A stretch of 64,000 bases of DNA, taken from assembly GCF_004010195.1 (NCBI RefSeq), contig NC_057755.1:4115462-4179461 (forward strand), read 5' to 3'. Below the pieces are notes generated by a model, which was not told the DNA's origin, ran no database searches, and worked only from the letters and a program-made list of their open reading frames with translations. This DNA comes from Chiloscyllium plagiosum (taxonomy: Eukaryota). Positions 49,435 to 62,049 of the stretch are shown here, one piece after another; position 1 is the stretch's first letter, and every line of letters begins with the position of its first letter. Both the position numbers and the translations under genes were made by a program.

Positions 49435-49780
49435 GGAATGATCCAATGAAGATTGGTTCGCAAGATGAGATCACATAGAGAAATGGCCATTTGGATGCAG
49501 AACTGGCTTAAAAGGAGGAGACAGAGGGTGGTGATGGAGGGTTGCCTTTCAGACTGGAGGTCTGTGATCAGCGGGATGCCACAAGGATTGGCGCTGGGTC
49601 CACGAGTTTTTGCCATTTATATAAATGATTTAGATGTGAACATAGGATATATAGTTGTTAATATTGCAGATGACATCAACATTGGAGGCGTAGTGGACAG
49701 CGAAGAAGGTTACCACCAAGTACAACGGGATCTTAATCAGATGGGCCAACTGGCTGAGGTGTAGCAGATGAAATTTAAAA
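49435..49780 (+). mobile_element. CR1 RT fragment
   Basis: 'WMQNWLKRRRQRVVMEG..SGMPQGLALGPRVFAIYINDLD..ADD'. Confidence 0.85.
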
Positions 49781-49784
49781 ATAC

Positions 49785-52050
49785 AGCAAGTCAGACAGAA
49801 TCAAAGGAGCAGGAGGGTTGACGTTTCGGGCATAAGCCCTTCATCAAGAATATGGGAGGTGGGGAAAGGGGACTGAGAGATAAATAGGAGGGTCGGGATG
49901 ATAGTGGGGGGAAGGTAGCTGGGAAGGCGATAGGTAGGTGCATGTTGGGGCTGACAGTGATTGGTCGGAGCAGAGGGGGAGCAGATAGGTGGGAAGGAAG
50001 ATGGACAGGTCGGACAGGTGAAGGGGGCAGTGCTGAGTTGCAAAGTTGGATCTGGGATGAGGCGTTGAGAGAGGAGATTAGAAACTAGTGAAGTCGATGT
50101 TGATGCTGTGTGGTTGAAGGGTCCCACTGAAGAAGATGAGGTGTTCGTCGTCCTGGCGTCAGATGGCTGGTCCTTGGTGGAATGGGTAGGAGAGTTGAAG
50201 TGGTCGCCCACAGGGCGGTGGGGTTGTTGGGAGCATGTTCCCTGAAACTTTCCAGGTGTTGGCGTCCTGTCTCACAGATGTTGAGGAGACCATATTGAGA
50301 CCAATGGACACAGTAGATATGGTGTTTGAATATGCAGGAAAATCGCTGCTGGATGTGAAAAGATCCTTTGAGGGCTTGGATGGGAATGAGTGGGGAGGTG
50401 TGAGCACAGGTCGTACATACCTTGTAGAGGGAATGGAAGGTGCCAGGTGTGGAGAATGTGTTTGTTGAGAACGTGAACAGATCAAAGGAGTCGCGGGGAG
50501 AATGGTGTCTGCAAAATGTTGATGGGGTGGGGAGGGAAATATGTGTCTGGTAGTGGGGTCTGACTGTAAGTGGCAGAAATGGTGGAGAGTGATGCGTTGT
50601 ATCCGCGGATCAGTGGGGTTGAAGGTGAGGGCCAGAGGGGTTCTATCCTTGTTCCAGTTGGAGAGGTCTGGTTCAATGGCAGAGGTTCAGTAAATGGAGG
50701 AGATTTGCTGGAAAGCATGGTTGATCATGTGGTAGGGCCGAAAGCATTCCTTGAAATAGGAGGCCATCTGGGATACCCTGGAGTGAAATTGCTCCTCCTA
50801 TGAACAGATACAGCAGAGGCAGAAGAATTGGGAGCAAAGAGTCCTGTTTTTACGGGGGTGGGGTAGGGAAGAGGTGTAATCCAGATAGCTGTGGGAGTCG
50901 GTGGGTTTGGAATAGAGTCTGTGTTGAGTCGGTCACCAGAGATGGAGACAGAGAGGTCCAGGAAAGGGAGGGAGTTGTCCGAGATGGTCCACGTCACGGT
51001 AAAAGGTGTTAGTGAAGCTGATGAACTGTTCAACCTTCTTGCGGGAGCACAGTGTGGTGCTGGTACAGTGTTCAATGTAGTGAGGGAAAAGGTGGGGAAC
51101 GGTGCCGGTGTAGCTGCAGAAGATGGACTGTTCCAGGCATTCAATGAAGAGGCAGGCACAGTTGGGGTCATGCAGGTGACCATGGTATGAAGGAAGAGGG
51201 AGGATTCGAAGGAAAAGTTATTGAGAGTGAGGACTAGTTCCACCAAGTGAATGAGTGTGTCAGGGGAGGGGTACTGAATGAGTCAGGAGGAGAGGAAGAA
51301 ACGAAGAGTTTGGTGTATGGATGTGTACAAGGGACTAGATGTCCATGGGGGGCAGGGGAACCGAAAGTCATGAAGGAGGTGGACAGCGTGGGTGTGCCCC
51401 GAATGTATGTGGGGAGTTTCTGGATCAAAGGGGAACAGGATGGTGTTGAGATGTGAGGAGATAAGTTCGGCGGGTCAGGAGCAAGTGGAGATGATGGGTT
51501 AAATGGGGCAGTCAGGTTTGTAGACCTTGGGCAGGAGGTAGACCTGGTGGTGCAGGGCTCCTGGACTATGAGGCTGGAGGCTCTGTTTGGGAAATCCCCT
51601 GAAGTGATGAGATTGTGGATGGCCTTGGAGATATTTGTTTGGTGATGGAAGGTGAGGTGATGGTCGATGTGGCAGTAGGAGGAGGTGTTCTCGAGTTGGC
51701 ACCTAGCTTCAGTAGTGTGGAGGTTAGTTTGACAAACAACCACTGCACCCCGTCTCCCTTTCCGCTGGTTTGATTGTGCGGTTAGAGTGGAGGTGAGGTA
51801 GTCGAGGGCTGCGTTTTTGGAGGGTGAGAGGTTGGAGTGGGTGAGGGGGATGGACAGGCTGAGGCGGTCAATGTCACAGCAGCAGTTGGAGATAAAGGTT
51901 GAGGGGTTGGATAACAGATCAGGACGGGGTGTCTAAGTGGATTGCGTTCTCAGAGTGTGGGCAGGAATCACGGTTGACAAAGTAAGGACGGAGGTGGGAG
52001 AAGGAAAGTTTGATATCACAATGCATATGGAAGTTGTTTGCATGGGAACG
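49785..52050 (-). mobile_element. Penelope-like element (RT plus GIY-YIG), decayed, with a terminal hammerhead core
   Basis: 'YLLPKVYKPDCP', 'ELVLTLNNFSF', 'SLPFLDLSVSI', 'DHFNSPTHS'; minus-strand core 'ttgatgaagggcttatgcccgaaacgtc' at ~49820-49847. Confidence 0.85.
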
Positions 52051-53699
52051 TAGTGGGATGAAGATGAGACCTTTACTGAGGGCTGGTCCTTCATCCTCAG
52101 TGAAGGGGAGGTAAAGGAAAGTTTAAGAGTCATGAAGCAACTGAGAACTGATAAGTCTTTTTAAGTTAGCTTTTTATGTTCATGACATAGATACTGTTCA
52201 GTTATGATGCGTAGAGGAAAAATATGTGATCTGTGCCAGCTGAGAGTAGTTTACTGCTCTCAGAGAACATACAGGCACATTAATCTGTGTAGTTTGTGAC
52301 AGCAGTCTTCTGTTCACGTGTTGGGTAGTTCTTCTTCCTGGTGTTTGTCCATCTTCTCAGTCTCTAAAGAAAGCAGCTGCTTGATGGGGACCGCTCCTTG
52401 TCGCCAACCACTAATTTGACAAAGCAACAGTGAAGGACAGCAATCTCAATCCAAGTCTTCATGGTGGGTATCTTGCAGATGATTCCATGTATCTCATGCC
52501 CTTGTCCTTCACCATGATCGAGGTTACAGTTTTGGAAGGTACGATCTAAGGAGCCTTGATAAATTATTGCAGTGATTCCTGTCATTGGATGTTGTTTGTG
52601 AAGGGAGTGAATTTTGAAGGTGGTGGATGGGATACAAAATAGGATGATGATTCGATCTGTCAGATGTCAAGCTTTTTGAGTGTTGCTCATCCAGGCAAAG
52701 CTGGAGGATGTTTCATCACATTCGTGACTTGTGCCTTGCAGGTGGTGGATGCTTGCTACATCTACACTGTCTTTCCCATCATAAGACTGTTGAAATTTAC
52801 TGAGAACATTGTTCATTCATCTGATCTCAAGAGAAAACATGTCCAGTCTTCATAATCTCTCATTGAGGAGAGATACTGCAGGTGAGATATGCCTATATAA
52901 ACAAAATTCCCAACAGCTAACATACACTTTGCCTTCTGAATTGCTTTCTGAACCTGCATGCTAACGTTCAGTGCCTTGTGAACAGTAATATCCAGGTCCT
53001 TTCGGGACCCCAAAATTTTCTCCCTTTTACCATGTACGAAATGCTCTGCAGTGTCAAGCCTCCAAGCAAAGGAGATAATCGCGTATTTATTCACATTCTG
53101 TTTCATCTCCCACGCGGTTCTCACACGTTCAGTCCATCCAAATCCATATGAAGCCTCTTAGCATCCTCCTCAATATTTGCAATCCCACAAAGTTTTACAT
53201 CACCTGCAAATTTGGAAATATTACAGTCGTTCCCCACAGCAGGGCCCAGGCATTGATCCTTCTGGTCACAGCTTGACAACCTGACAATGACTCAGACATG
53301 ATCTTACTAAATAGCAGTACACTTTAAGGGACCAGTTGGTTCCTTGTTCATATCTACTATGGCATTGTTAGGGCCATGTGTCGATTTAGAATGAGATGCC
53401 TGGAATATAGGATGGGTTGTTAATATTAAAGATCTAAGAGAGCATATCACCAACGTTAAAATCTTCATGTTGAGTACCAAGTAAAAGGATCAGATTATTA
53501 CAACATTTCTTGATCATTGTCCATTTTCAGGTGTTTGTGTTGACAGGTTCACTTGCTCCACACAAGTTGATTGAAGCTGTAAATAAAACATGCAACAATT
53601 AACTCGATAGTAAATGTTAAATCATGAAATGGTTTTGAGAAATTGTTGTAATTGACAATACAGCTAACATTGAGAAGTGCTTTCTCTCTGTTCCGGGTT

Positions 53700-55438
53700 T
53701 GATGGTGTTCAGCAGAAACACAAGGAGATGCTCCAGGTACAAACTGAGAAATTGAGTGAACACTGCCCTAATGAATGAGACGTTGAACAGGTTCTAGCTG
53801 GCTGATCAATACACTGAGTAACCGCTCATCTCTATTGTATGAGATCAGACATCTATAGAAGATGAACTGCTGGCAAGAGGCCGCAATCTGAAGAGTGGAG
53901 AGACAGACATCTCCGGACAGACCTGGAAAAATACAAACACATCAGTTGTTCCAAAGCAGTTTTTATCCCTCAGAGAAATTCCAAATCTGGGAGTACGGTC
54001 GCAGTGACTAGAGACCCAGCGATTGGAAAAACAATAATGGTACAAAAGGTTGTTTATGACTGGGCAACTGGGAAAATATACCCAGAATTTCAATTTGTTT
54101 TCAGTATTAAATTCCAGGATTTGAACGCTATTAACTGCAGTATAAACCTGAGGGACCGGATACTGAATCAGTATCCTTACTTCGGGAATATTGTGGGAGA
54201 GCACTGTAAGAATCCAGAGGGTTTGCTGTTTACAATCGATGGTTTGGATGAATCCAAAGACAGTATTGATTTTTCTGACAGTCGGAGAAATACAGAACCT
54301 CAGTTCATGTGCACGGATCCTGAATGCTGGTGTGAAGTGTCTGATATTGTGTACAGTTTAATCCAGCACAAGCTGCTCCCAGAATGTTCACTGCTGGTGT
54401 CCGACCATCCCACTGCATTCCATTGACTGGAAAAGACTGGGATTAGTGTCTGGGCTGAAATCCTAAGATTTGTTGGTGATGAGCGGAAGGAATATTTCAA
54501 AAGGTTTTTTGAGGATCAGACGGCGGCAGCAGCTGTTTTCAAACACGTGGAAGAGAACGAGATCCTGTACGCCATGTGCTACAACCCTTCATACTGCTGG
54601 ATCCTCCGTCTGTCACTGGGTCCCTGTTTCACAGAAAAAGACAGGAAACAGTAGAAAGTTCCCAGGACCATCACCCAGCTCCATTCCTACTATATTTATC
54701 ACATTCTGCAAAACCATGGCCGAGAGATTGAAGATCCCCATGATGTGTTACTGAAGCTTGGTGAGATGACCTTCACAGGAGTCTCTGAGAAGAACATGGT
54801 GTTTAGGAAAGGATATTTGATCCACTACAACCTCCATCACCGCCCCCCCCCCCACCCTCACCCCCACCAGTTCCTGTCTAGGTTCATGATGGAACTTTTG
54901 GAGAGAGATGATTCTGTCTGCAGTGTCGTTTACACATTCCCACATCTCACCCTCAAAGAGTTTGCAGCTGCTCTGCTAAAATTCCTCACCCCAGTTCCCA
55001 GGGACAACCCAAAGCTCCTCAGTGAAGCCCATAGCAAGGACGATGGGCAATTTGGGTGATTTCTCCATTTCGTTGTTTGTATCTCCTTCCCAGTGACAGG
55101 TCGGCTCTTGGAGGAGTTTTAGGATAAATTTCTTTATCAAAAATCTGCAAAGTGATTGGGTGAAGGAGAAGGTTAAAGAACAAATTGAGAACACAGCAAG
55201 TGAAACTGATAAACGGATTTCCTGAGAACATGGCTTTATCTGTTTGAGCCTCAGATCCAAGCACTAGCTGGGTCCACATTGGGATTTCTAAATGTCTTGA
55301 AGCTTAATGGATTGATGACTGTGCAATAATATCTTATGTCAGTGAGTTCTATGACACACTCAAACACATCGATGTAAGTGACTGCTGCACTCATTGTGAA
55401 GGATTGCAGTATCATGCTCCCAAATGCCAAGTGTTGAG
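53700..55438 (+). pseudogene. NLR (NLRP3/NLRC3-like) FISNA-NACHT exon pseudogene
   Basis: FISNA-like 'QQKHKEMLQVQTEKL...LADQYTE*..EDELLARG'; degenerate Walker A 'VTRDPAIGKT'; Walker B 'LLFTIDGLDE'; 'MCYNPSYCWI'; 'VYTFPHLTLKEFAAAL'; several in-frame stops and frameshifts; donor 'gag|gtaatg' at 55438. Confidence 0.9.
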
Positions 55439-56394
55439 GTAATGAAATGTTGGTTTCTGCAGCTGTTGTTCCAGTGTTAAATGTCATTGGCTAAGTTAAC
55501 ACTTCGCTATCATGAGAAAACATCCTCTTCCTCACCCGAATAAAGACAGCGGCACAAAGCTTTATCAAAGAAGCAGTGGGGTCATGGTACCATGACCTGG
55601 CCGGGTTGGGAATGTAACCTTCAGAAACAATTGTTGTAAATGCTGTAATTCCTCCCAGATTTTAGGAGAAATTCATCATGAAATCTTGATCAAACATTTT
55701 ATTTGCATAATATAACAATACACGGACATGCTAAGGATTTCAAGAATCAATGCAGTTCAAATAAAATAGCAATATGTCTCATATTACAGTTTCAATAAAC
55801 TGTACATGAATGAAATTAAGTGTTATATAAACTATGTGGTCAAACAGACTTTGACTCAGAAAATTAGGGAAAGGACTTTTCAAAGAATTGTTTAATAGAA
55901 TTGTTCTCAATTATATTTGAATAATGAAATCTGACAATTTAAAGACTCCTTGCAGACCTATTAGAGTTACATCCTATTTGGCAGACATGTATGGAATAAC
56001 TAGGGAGATTTCCACAAGTCCATATTTCTGCTGGTTTCCACAAACACTGGTTGATAAAAACCCCATTATCATCATTGACTGGTCATTAGGTTTTTGTGTC
56101 TGAGGATCTATGGAATCACGGAACTTTCAGAAATTATCCCAAAATGCAGCAATAATTTGGCTTGAAATTAATGCAGGCACTTTGATTGTGGCTAACGCTT
56201 GAGGATATCATTCATTATATAACAGGATATTTAAACTTATTGAACCATCACAATAAACTCCTGTTATTGAAAACTCCTGGGTAACATGTAAAATAACAGC
56301 TAACACTACGTCACAGTATGGCTTACACTAAAGTATTTAACTGAGTGACATATTGGACAGAATAAAAAACGATAGCTTGTTATTTCTCACACTG

Positions 56395-57540
56395 AGTTAT
56401 CGATCATGCAGCATGAAAACAGACCCTTTAGTCCAACTAGTCTACGCTGACCATGTTCCCAACTAAAGTCATCCCACTTGCCTGCATTTGACCCATACCT
56501 TTCCTATTCGTCTACTTATCCAAATGTCTTTTAAACGTTGAAATTGTGACCACATCCACCACTTCCGAAGGAAGCTCGTTCCACACGTGAACTGCTCTCT
56601 GTATTTGTTTAGAAAAGCCTCTTAAGTCCCTTTTAACAGCTTCTTCTCTCATCTCAAAATTACAGCACCTAGTTTAGAACTCCAACGCACTGGTGACTAA
56701 ACATTTGTTATTCACCTTGTCTATGCCCCTCATCATTTCATATATCTCCAGAAGGTCACCTCTCAATCTCCTACAGAACAGTCAAAACAGTCCCAGCCTA
56801 TCCTGCCTGTTCTTCTAACTCAAACCCTCCACTTCTGACACAATCCTGTTAAATCGTTTCTGAACCCTGTCCAGTTTAATAACATCCTTCATACAGCAGT
56901 ATGACTTGAACTATACACAGTACTCCAAAAGTGGCCTCACCAATGTTCTGCACAATCTCAACATGATGTCGCAACTCTTACACTCAATGGTCTGAGCAAT
57001 GAGAGCAAGCATGTTAACCATCGTGTTAACCACCTGTCTACCTGTGACCCTACTTTAAAGGAATAATGTACCTGAATCCCTCAGTGCCTCCGGTCGACAA
57101 AGCTACCTGGGGCCTTCCCATTAACTGTCCAAGTCCTGAGGTTGCTTATTTTACAAAAATACAATAAACTCCATCTGCCACCACTCAGCCTGTTGTTCCC
57201 ATTGACCAATGTCTCTTTGTAATCTTAGATAACCTTCATTGTCAACAATACAAACAAGGATCCGGGAGTAAGGAAGGGTTTGTAAATATTTCCATAGCAC
57301 TAGCATGGACAGTACTGTCAACAGGCCAAAGGAATGGAGATGGGGTGGGGAGAATGATAGATATGGCAGTCTCTGAGCTTGTACATGATAGTGGTAGAGA
57401 GACAGTTGCCTGAAATGGAATTGAAGGAATTGAAGACAGGAGAAAAGTACCAAAGAAGGTCCACTAAATACCAGGAATTCATTGAAACTTTAAATTGGTC
57501 AATGAAGTTACTCCACATCCAGCTGATCGAAGGGAATGGA
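56395..57540. mobile_element. CR1 3' fragment (-, ~56395-57250) joined to a CR1 fragment (+, ~57255-57540)
   Basis: Minus 'DNEGYLRLQRDIGQWEQQAEWWQMEF' and CR1 tail; plus-strand sequence resembling the CR1 KSPGPDG region. Confidence 0.7.
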
Positions 57541-58149
57541 GCAAAGATAGTGATCACAGTACTGGCTCTAGCAAAGTCGCTGAATAAGACGAGAACAAAG
57601 ACAAATACACAAAGGCAGAATCAACAGCACTCCGACAGGTTCCCACACCAACACCGTGGTTGAAGTGTGGATGCACCAGTGTCTGCACCCATCACCCACA
57701 CAAACATCCCTTCCAACAGCACATGGGCTAGCAGCAGGAAGAATTATACTATTCACTCACAGGCCAGAGCCGCTGTTTAACTGAGGAAATTCAGCAAAAC
57801 TGTTTCAAAGAGCTGAAATAAATCAAGTTTAATATGTCTCTGGGACCCACAGGAGATGGTTGAAGAAAACTTATAGGGATAGGGACTGATATTTCCTCTC
57901 AGGGAAGATCTCAAGCACTGATTATTTTATTCATCTCCAGCTTGATCTTCCTGTAAGTGATATAAAGCTCAGTTAACCATGGCCAAAACCTGAATGAGCT
58001 TTGAGCTGATGGGGACTACACCCAAATCAACAAAATTAATCCTCATTCTGAGTGCGCTCCTTCACAAGACTTGACTCACCATTGAACTGACTGTCTCCTG
58101 ACCAAACCTGATTAATTTTGACTTCCCTCAAGAACCTACCACCCTCTGC

Positions 58150-60780
58150 ATCCATCATCATCTTTGTGGCTGTCTCTGGAGGTGGATGATGGTCTTCATT
58201 CCGTTGATCTATTTATGGGCTCTCAGGTGGCTTATGAGTCCAATCTTGGCTTTGAAAGGTCTTCCACATTCAGGTCAAGTCGTTCCAGATGCAGGTGGGG
58301 CTTTGGTTGTTGCTGCCGCACTTTCTGTTCTCTTCTATTTTCTTCTCATTCTGTCCATCTGTTGGCTTCGAAAGTTGCTGTTCCTTCTCGGATGATGGTT
58401 TGCTAGAGTTTCCTGTCCATGGCATTGGCTTCCCAATTGTTGATGTTACATTTCTCCGTATTGGCTTTTAATTCGTCTTTGAATCTCTTCTGTTCTCCTC
58501 CTCTTTCACGTTTGCCTTCTTTAAACTGGAAGTAGAAGATATGTCTCAGCAGAGGTTTGTCTTTCATCGGAGCAACAGAACTGCTCCATCTTCTTTCGTT
58601 CTTGATGACGTATGCTTCAATGTTTGTTGCTCTTGCTTCATTCAGCACGTTGACGTTGGGTCTTCTCCCTTCCCAGCTGATATTTAAGATCAAAGTTTGG
58701 GTGAAGATTTGTAGCTCGGGTGCTCGTTGTTGTGGTTCTGTTCGCCGAGCTGGAAATTTTTGTTGCAAACGTTTCGTCCCCTGTCTCGGTGACATCCTAA
58801 GTGCTTGGGAGCCTCCTCTGAAGCGCTTCTATGGTGTTTCCTCCAGCATTTATAGTGGCCTGTCCCTGCCGCTTCCGGTTGTCAGTTTCAGCTGTCCGCT
58901 GTAGTGGCTGGTATATTGGGTCCAGGTCGATGTGTTTGTTGATGGAGTTTGTGGATGAGTGCCATGCTTCTAGGAATTTCCTGGCTGTTCTTTGTTTGGC
59001 TTGCCCTATAATGGTAGTATTGTCCCAGTCGAATTCATGTTGCTTGTCGTCTGTGTGTGTGGCTACTAAGGATAGCTGGTCGTGTCGTTTCGTGGCGACT
59101 TGATGTTCATGGATGCGGATCGTTAGCTGTCTTCCTGTTTGTCCTATATAGTGTTTTGTGCAATCCTTACATGGGATTTTATACACTACAATAGTTTTGC
59201 TCATGCTGGGTATCGGGTCCTTCGTTCTGGTGAGTTGTTGTCTGAGGGTGGCTGTTGGTTTGTGTGCTGTTATAAGTCCTAGTGGTCGCAGTAGTCTGGC
59301 TGTCAGTTCTGAAATGCTCCTGATGTATGGTAGTGTGGCTAGTCCTTTGGGTTGCGGCATGTCCTCGTTCCATTGTCTTTCTCTTAGGCATCTGTTGATG
59401 AAATTGTGCGTCTATCCGTTTTTGGCGAATACCTTGTACAGGTGTTCCTCTTCCTCTTTTTGCAGTTCTGGTGTGCTGCAGTGTGTTGTGGCCCTTTTGA
59501 ATAGTGTCTTGATGCAACTTCGTTTGTGTGTGTTGGGGTGGTTGCTTTCATAGTTCAGGACTTGGTCTGTGTGTGTGGCTTTCCTGTATACCTTTGTGGT
59601 GAATTCTCCGTTCGGTGTTCTCTGTACCATCACGTCTAGGAATGGGAGTTGGTTATCCTTTTCTTCTCTCGTGAATCGGATTCCTGTTAGTGTGGCGTTG
59701 ATGATCCGGTGTGTTTTCTCTATTTCTGTGTTTTTAATGATTACAAAGGTGTCATCAACATATCTGACCCAGAGTTTGGGTTGATATTTAAAATGTTTTG
59801 AAAGAAGAGTTAATGGCACATTTCCTGTGTCTTCAGATGCCGTTGCTATATTGTCCAAGTTTCTGATGTGTACAGGAGCATTGGGATCACCACTGCTTTG
59901 TACACTAGCATTTTGGTGTCTGTCTGGATGTCACGATCATTAAAGACGCTTGTGTGGACACGCCCAAAAGCTGTTCCAAAGCATTTAAGACGATGTTGGA
60001 TCTCGTCATTAAGGTCGACGTTGGAGGACACGTGACTTCCAAGATATGGAAAGTGGTCCACATTTTCCAAGGTTGTTTCGCCAAGTTACATCAATGGTTC
60101 GACCAAATTTGTCTCAGTTGGTGATCGATGGTAGGTTATCTGGGTCAACATGGAATTGATGCTAAGTCCGGGTTTCATGTACGCACGGATGAAGGAAGTC
60201 AGAATCTGGTGGAGGTGGTCTTCTGAGAGAGCTGCAACACTTGTCATCTGTGTATTGGAACTAGATGAGGTAGCTCATCGATGTCTTGTTTTTGAACTTG
60301 AGACCGGCAAGATTGTAACATCGGCCATCTGTTCTGTGGACAATTTCAATTTCTTGATGATGTGGATGATTGTCGCAATAAAAATGGTGGACAAAGTTGG
60401 AGCAGTAACACATCCCTGTTTTACTCCTGATCTGACTTGAAAAGGTTCACAATTACTGTTGTTGAAGCAGGCCATCGTGGAGGAGTCATAGAGTTTGATA
60501 GTACCTTTCACGGCATCCATAGGTGGATAGGACACTCCATAGGAGTTCCCTTGATACCGAGTCGAAGGATTTGCTGAGGTCGACGAATGCCATATACAAA
60601 GGTTGAAGTTGTTCACAACACATTTCTTTAGTTGTCACACAGTGAAGATCATGTCGATTGTTCCTCGTGATGATCTAAAACCAGCTATTGTATCCAGAAG
60701 GAACTTCTCGGCTAAAGGCTTGAGCTGTCAGTTCATGACATGGGTGAGGATCCTTCCTGCTGTTGCTAAAGGGAAATCCT
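58150..60780 (-). mobile_element. RTE-clade LINE, 5'-truncated, interrupted by a Penelope insertion
   Basis: 'VRSGVKQGCVTAPTLS', 'ENVDHFPYLGSHVS...AFGRV...VYKAVVIPMLLYTSETW', 'ILNISWEGRRPNVNVL', C-terminal C2H2-like motif, (gat)n tail at ~58151-58162. Confidence 0.88.
58691..59781 (-). mobile_element. Young 5'-truncated Penelope element (RT C-terminus plus GIY-YIG) with a 13-bp TSD
   Basis: 'WVRYVDDTF', 'LPFLDV', 'VYKIPCKDCTKHYIGQTGR', with only one in-frame stop; TSD tgatatttaa(g/a)at at 58678-58690 and 59782-59794. Confidence 0.93.
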
Positions 60781-60784
60781 ATTT

Positions 60785-60995
60785 CTGACAGGGAAACGGA
60801 TGTGCAAACTAAGTACAAAAGAGAAGAGAACGGAATGCAAGAAAGCAACAACCAAAGCCCGATCTGCATCTACAACGACTTGTCCTGAATGTGGAAGAAC
60901 TTTCAAAGGCAAGGTTAGACTCTTGACAGCCCACAAATAGATCAACGGAATGAAGACCATCATCCTCGACTTCGTGGGATAGCCACGACGATGAG
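60785..60995 (+). mobile_element. RTE 3'-end fragment, inverted relative to 58150-60780
   Basis: 'TTCPECGRTFKG..' and 'atagatcaacggaatgaagaccatcatc' mirror 58150-58370. Confidence 0.8.
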
Positions 60996-61084
60996 TATTG
61001 AGCATCTGAGCAGTACAGTGAGCGATAACGAAGAGGTACTGAAAAGGCAGGCAGCACTCCGAGTGGAGAAGTCTCCGAGGCCAG

Positions 61085-61520
61085 TTGAGACCCATCCATC
61101 CCCTTGCTGAGGGAATTCAGGGAGACATTTGCAGACAGTGGATGACAGACATTTTTCCAGGTTTCTCTGAACACGGGATTGTTCCTGGAGTCTGGGAGAT
61201 TGCAAATGTGAAACTGTTGTTCATGAAAGGGGAAATGGATAACCCAATAAACTACAGACCTATTGGTTTGATATCAATAGTAAGAAACCTGATGGAGGCC
61301 ATAATACAAGATAAGTTAATTATGCAGATTGAGAAAAATAAGTTAATACTAGACAGTCAACATTCTTGCTCCTGGGGTGCTGCCTGACCTGCTCTGCTTT
61401 ACTAGCGCCAGACTTTTTCACTCTGACTCTTCAGCATTTGGAGTCCTCACTTTCTCCAAGAACAGGTTATGTCTGACAATATTAATTGTGTTCTTTGATG
61501 AGATGGGACACGGGCAGTGG
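61085..61520 (+). mobile_element. CR1 RT fragment with a small Penelope-terminus insert
   Basis: 'GIVPGVWEIANVKLLFMKGEMDNPINYRPIGLISIVRNLMEAII..DSQH'; insert at ~61362-61458. Confidence 0.8.
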
Positions 61521-61534
61521 ATGAGAATTCTTTT

Positions 61535-61885
61535 TTTATTATTCATTAACAGGATGAGGGCATCACTTGCTCGGCAACGTTTATTGACCATCCCCAATAG
61601 CCCAGAGAGGAGTTCAGAATTGACCACATTGCTGTAGGTCTGGAGTCACATGGCCAGACCAGGTAAGGATGGCATTTTCCTTCCCTACAGGGTATTAGTG
61701 TAACAGATGGGTTTTTCCCAACAATAGATTCATGTTCATTATTAGATTCTAAATTTCAGACATTTTATTGAATTCAATTCGACTGCCTGCCGTGGCAGGA
61801 TTCAAACCCATGTCCTCAGAACATTCTTTGGGTCTGTCGATTAATACTCCAGCGATAATACCACTCAGCCATTACCTCCTCCAGG
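61535..61885 (-). mobile_element. SacSINE1/DeuSINE-like SINE
   Basis: Minus strand 'ggaggaggtaatggctgagtggtattatcgctggag...ggacatgggtttgaatcctgccacggcagg...gaattgaattcaat'. Confidence 0.7.
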
Positions 61886-62049
61886 GTTGTGCTGTGGATG
61901 TTGTATTTTTCACAATAAGGATTGACGTAAAGTATCTGTACAACTGCCATTTTCCATCACTGTCTCCACAAATTGCGCAAAAAGTTTGACAAGGTATAGA
62001 GGACGCCTTCCTTTATGGGACAATCTGGAACGAGAGGATATAGTTTCGG

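Noticed and set aside
57765..57950. Minus-strand acceptor/donor pair suggesting an exon
   Set aside because: Stops in the frames examined and no recognisable protein.
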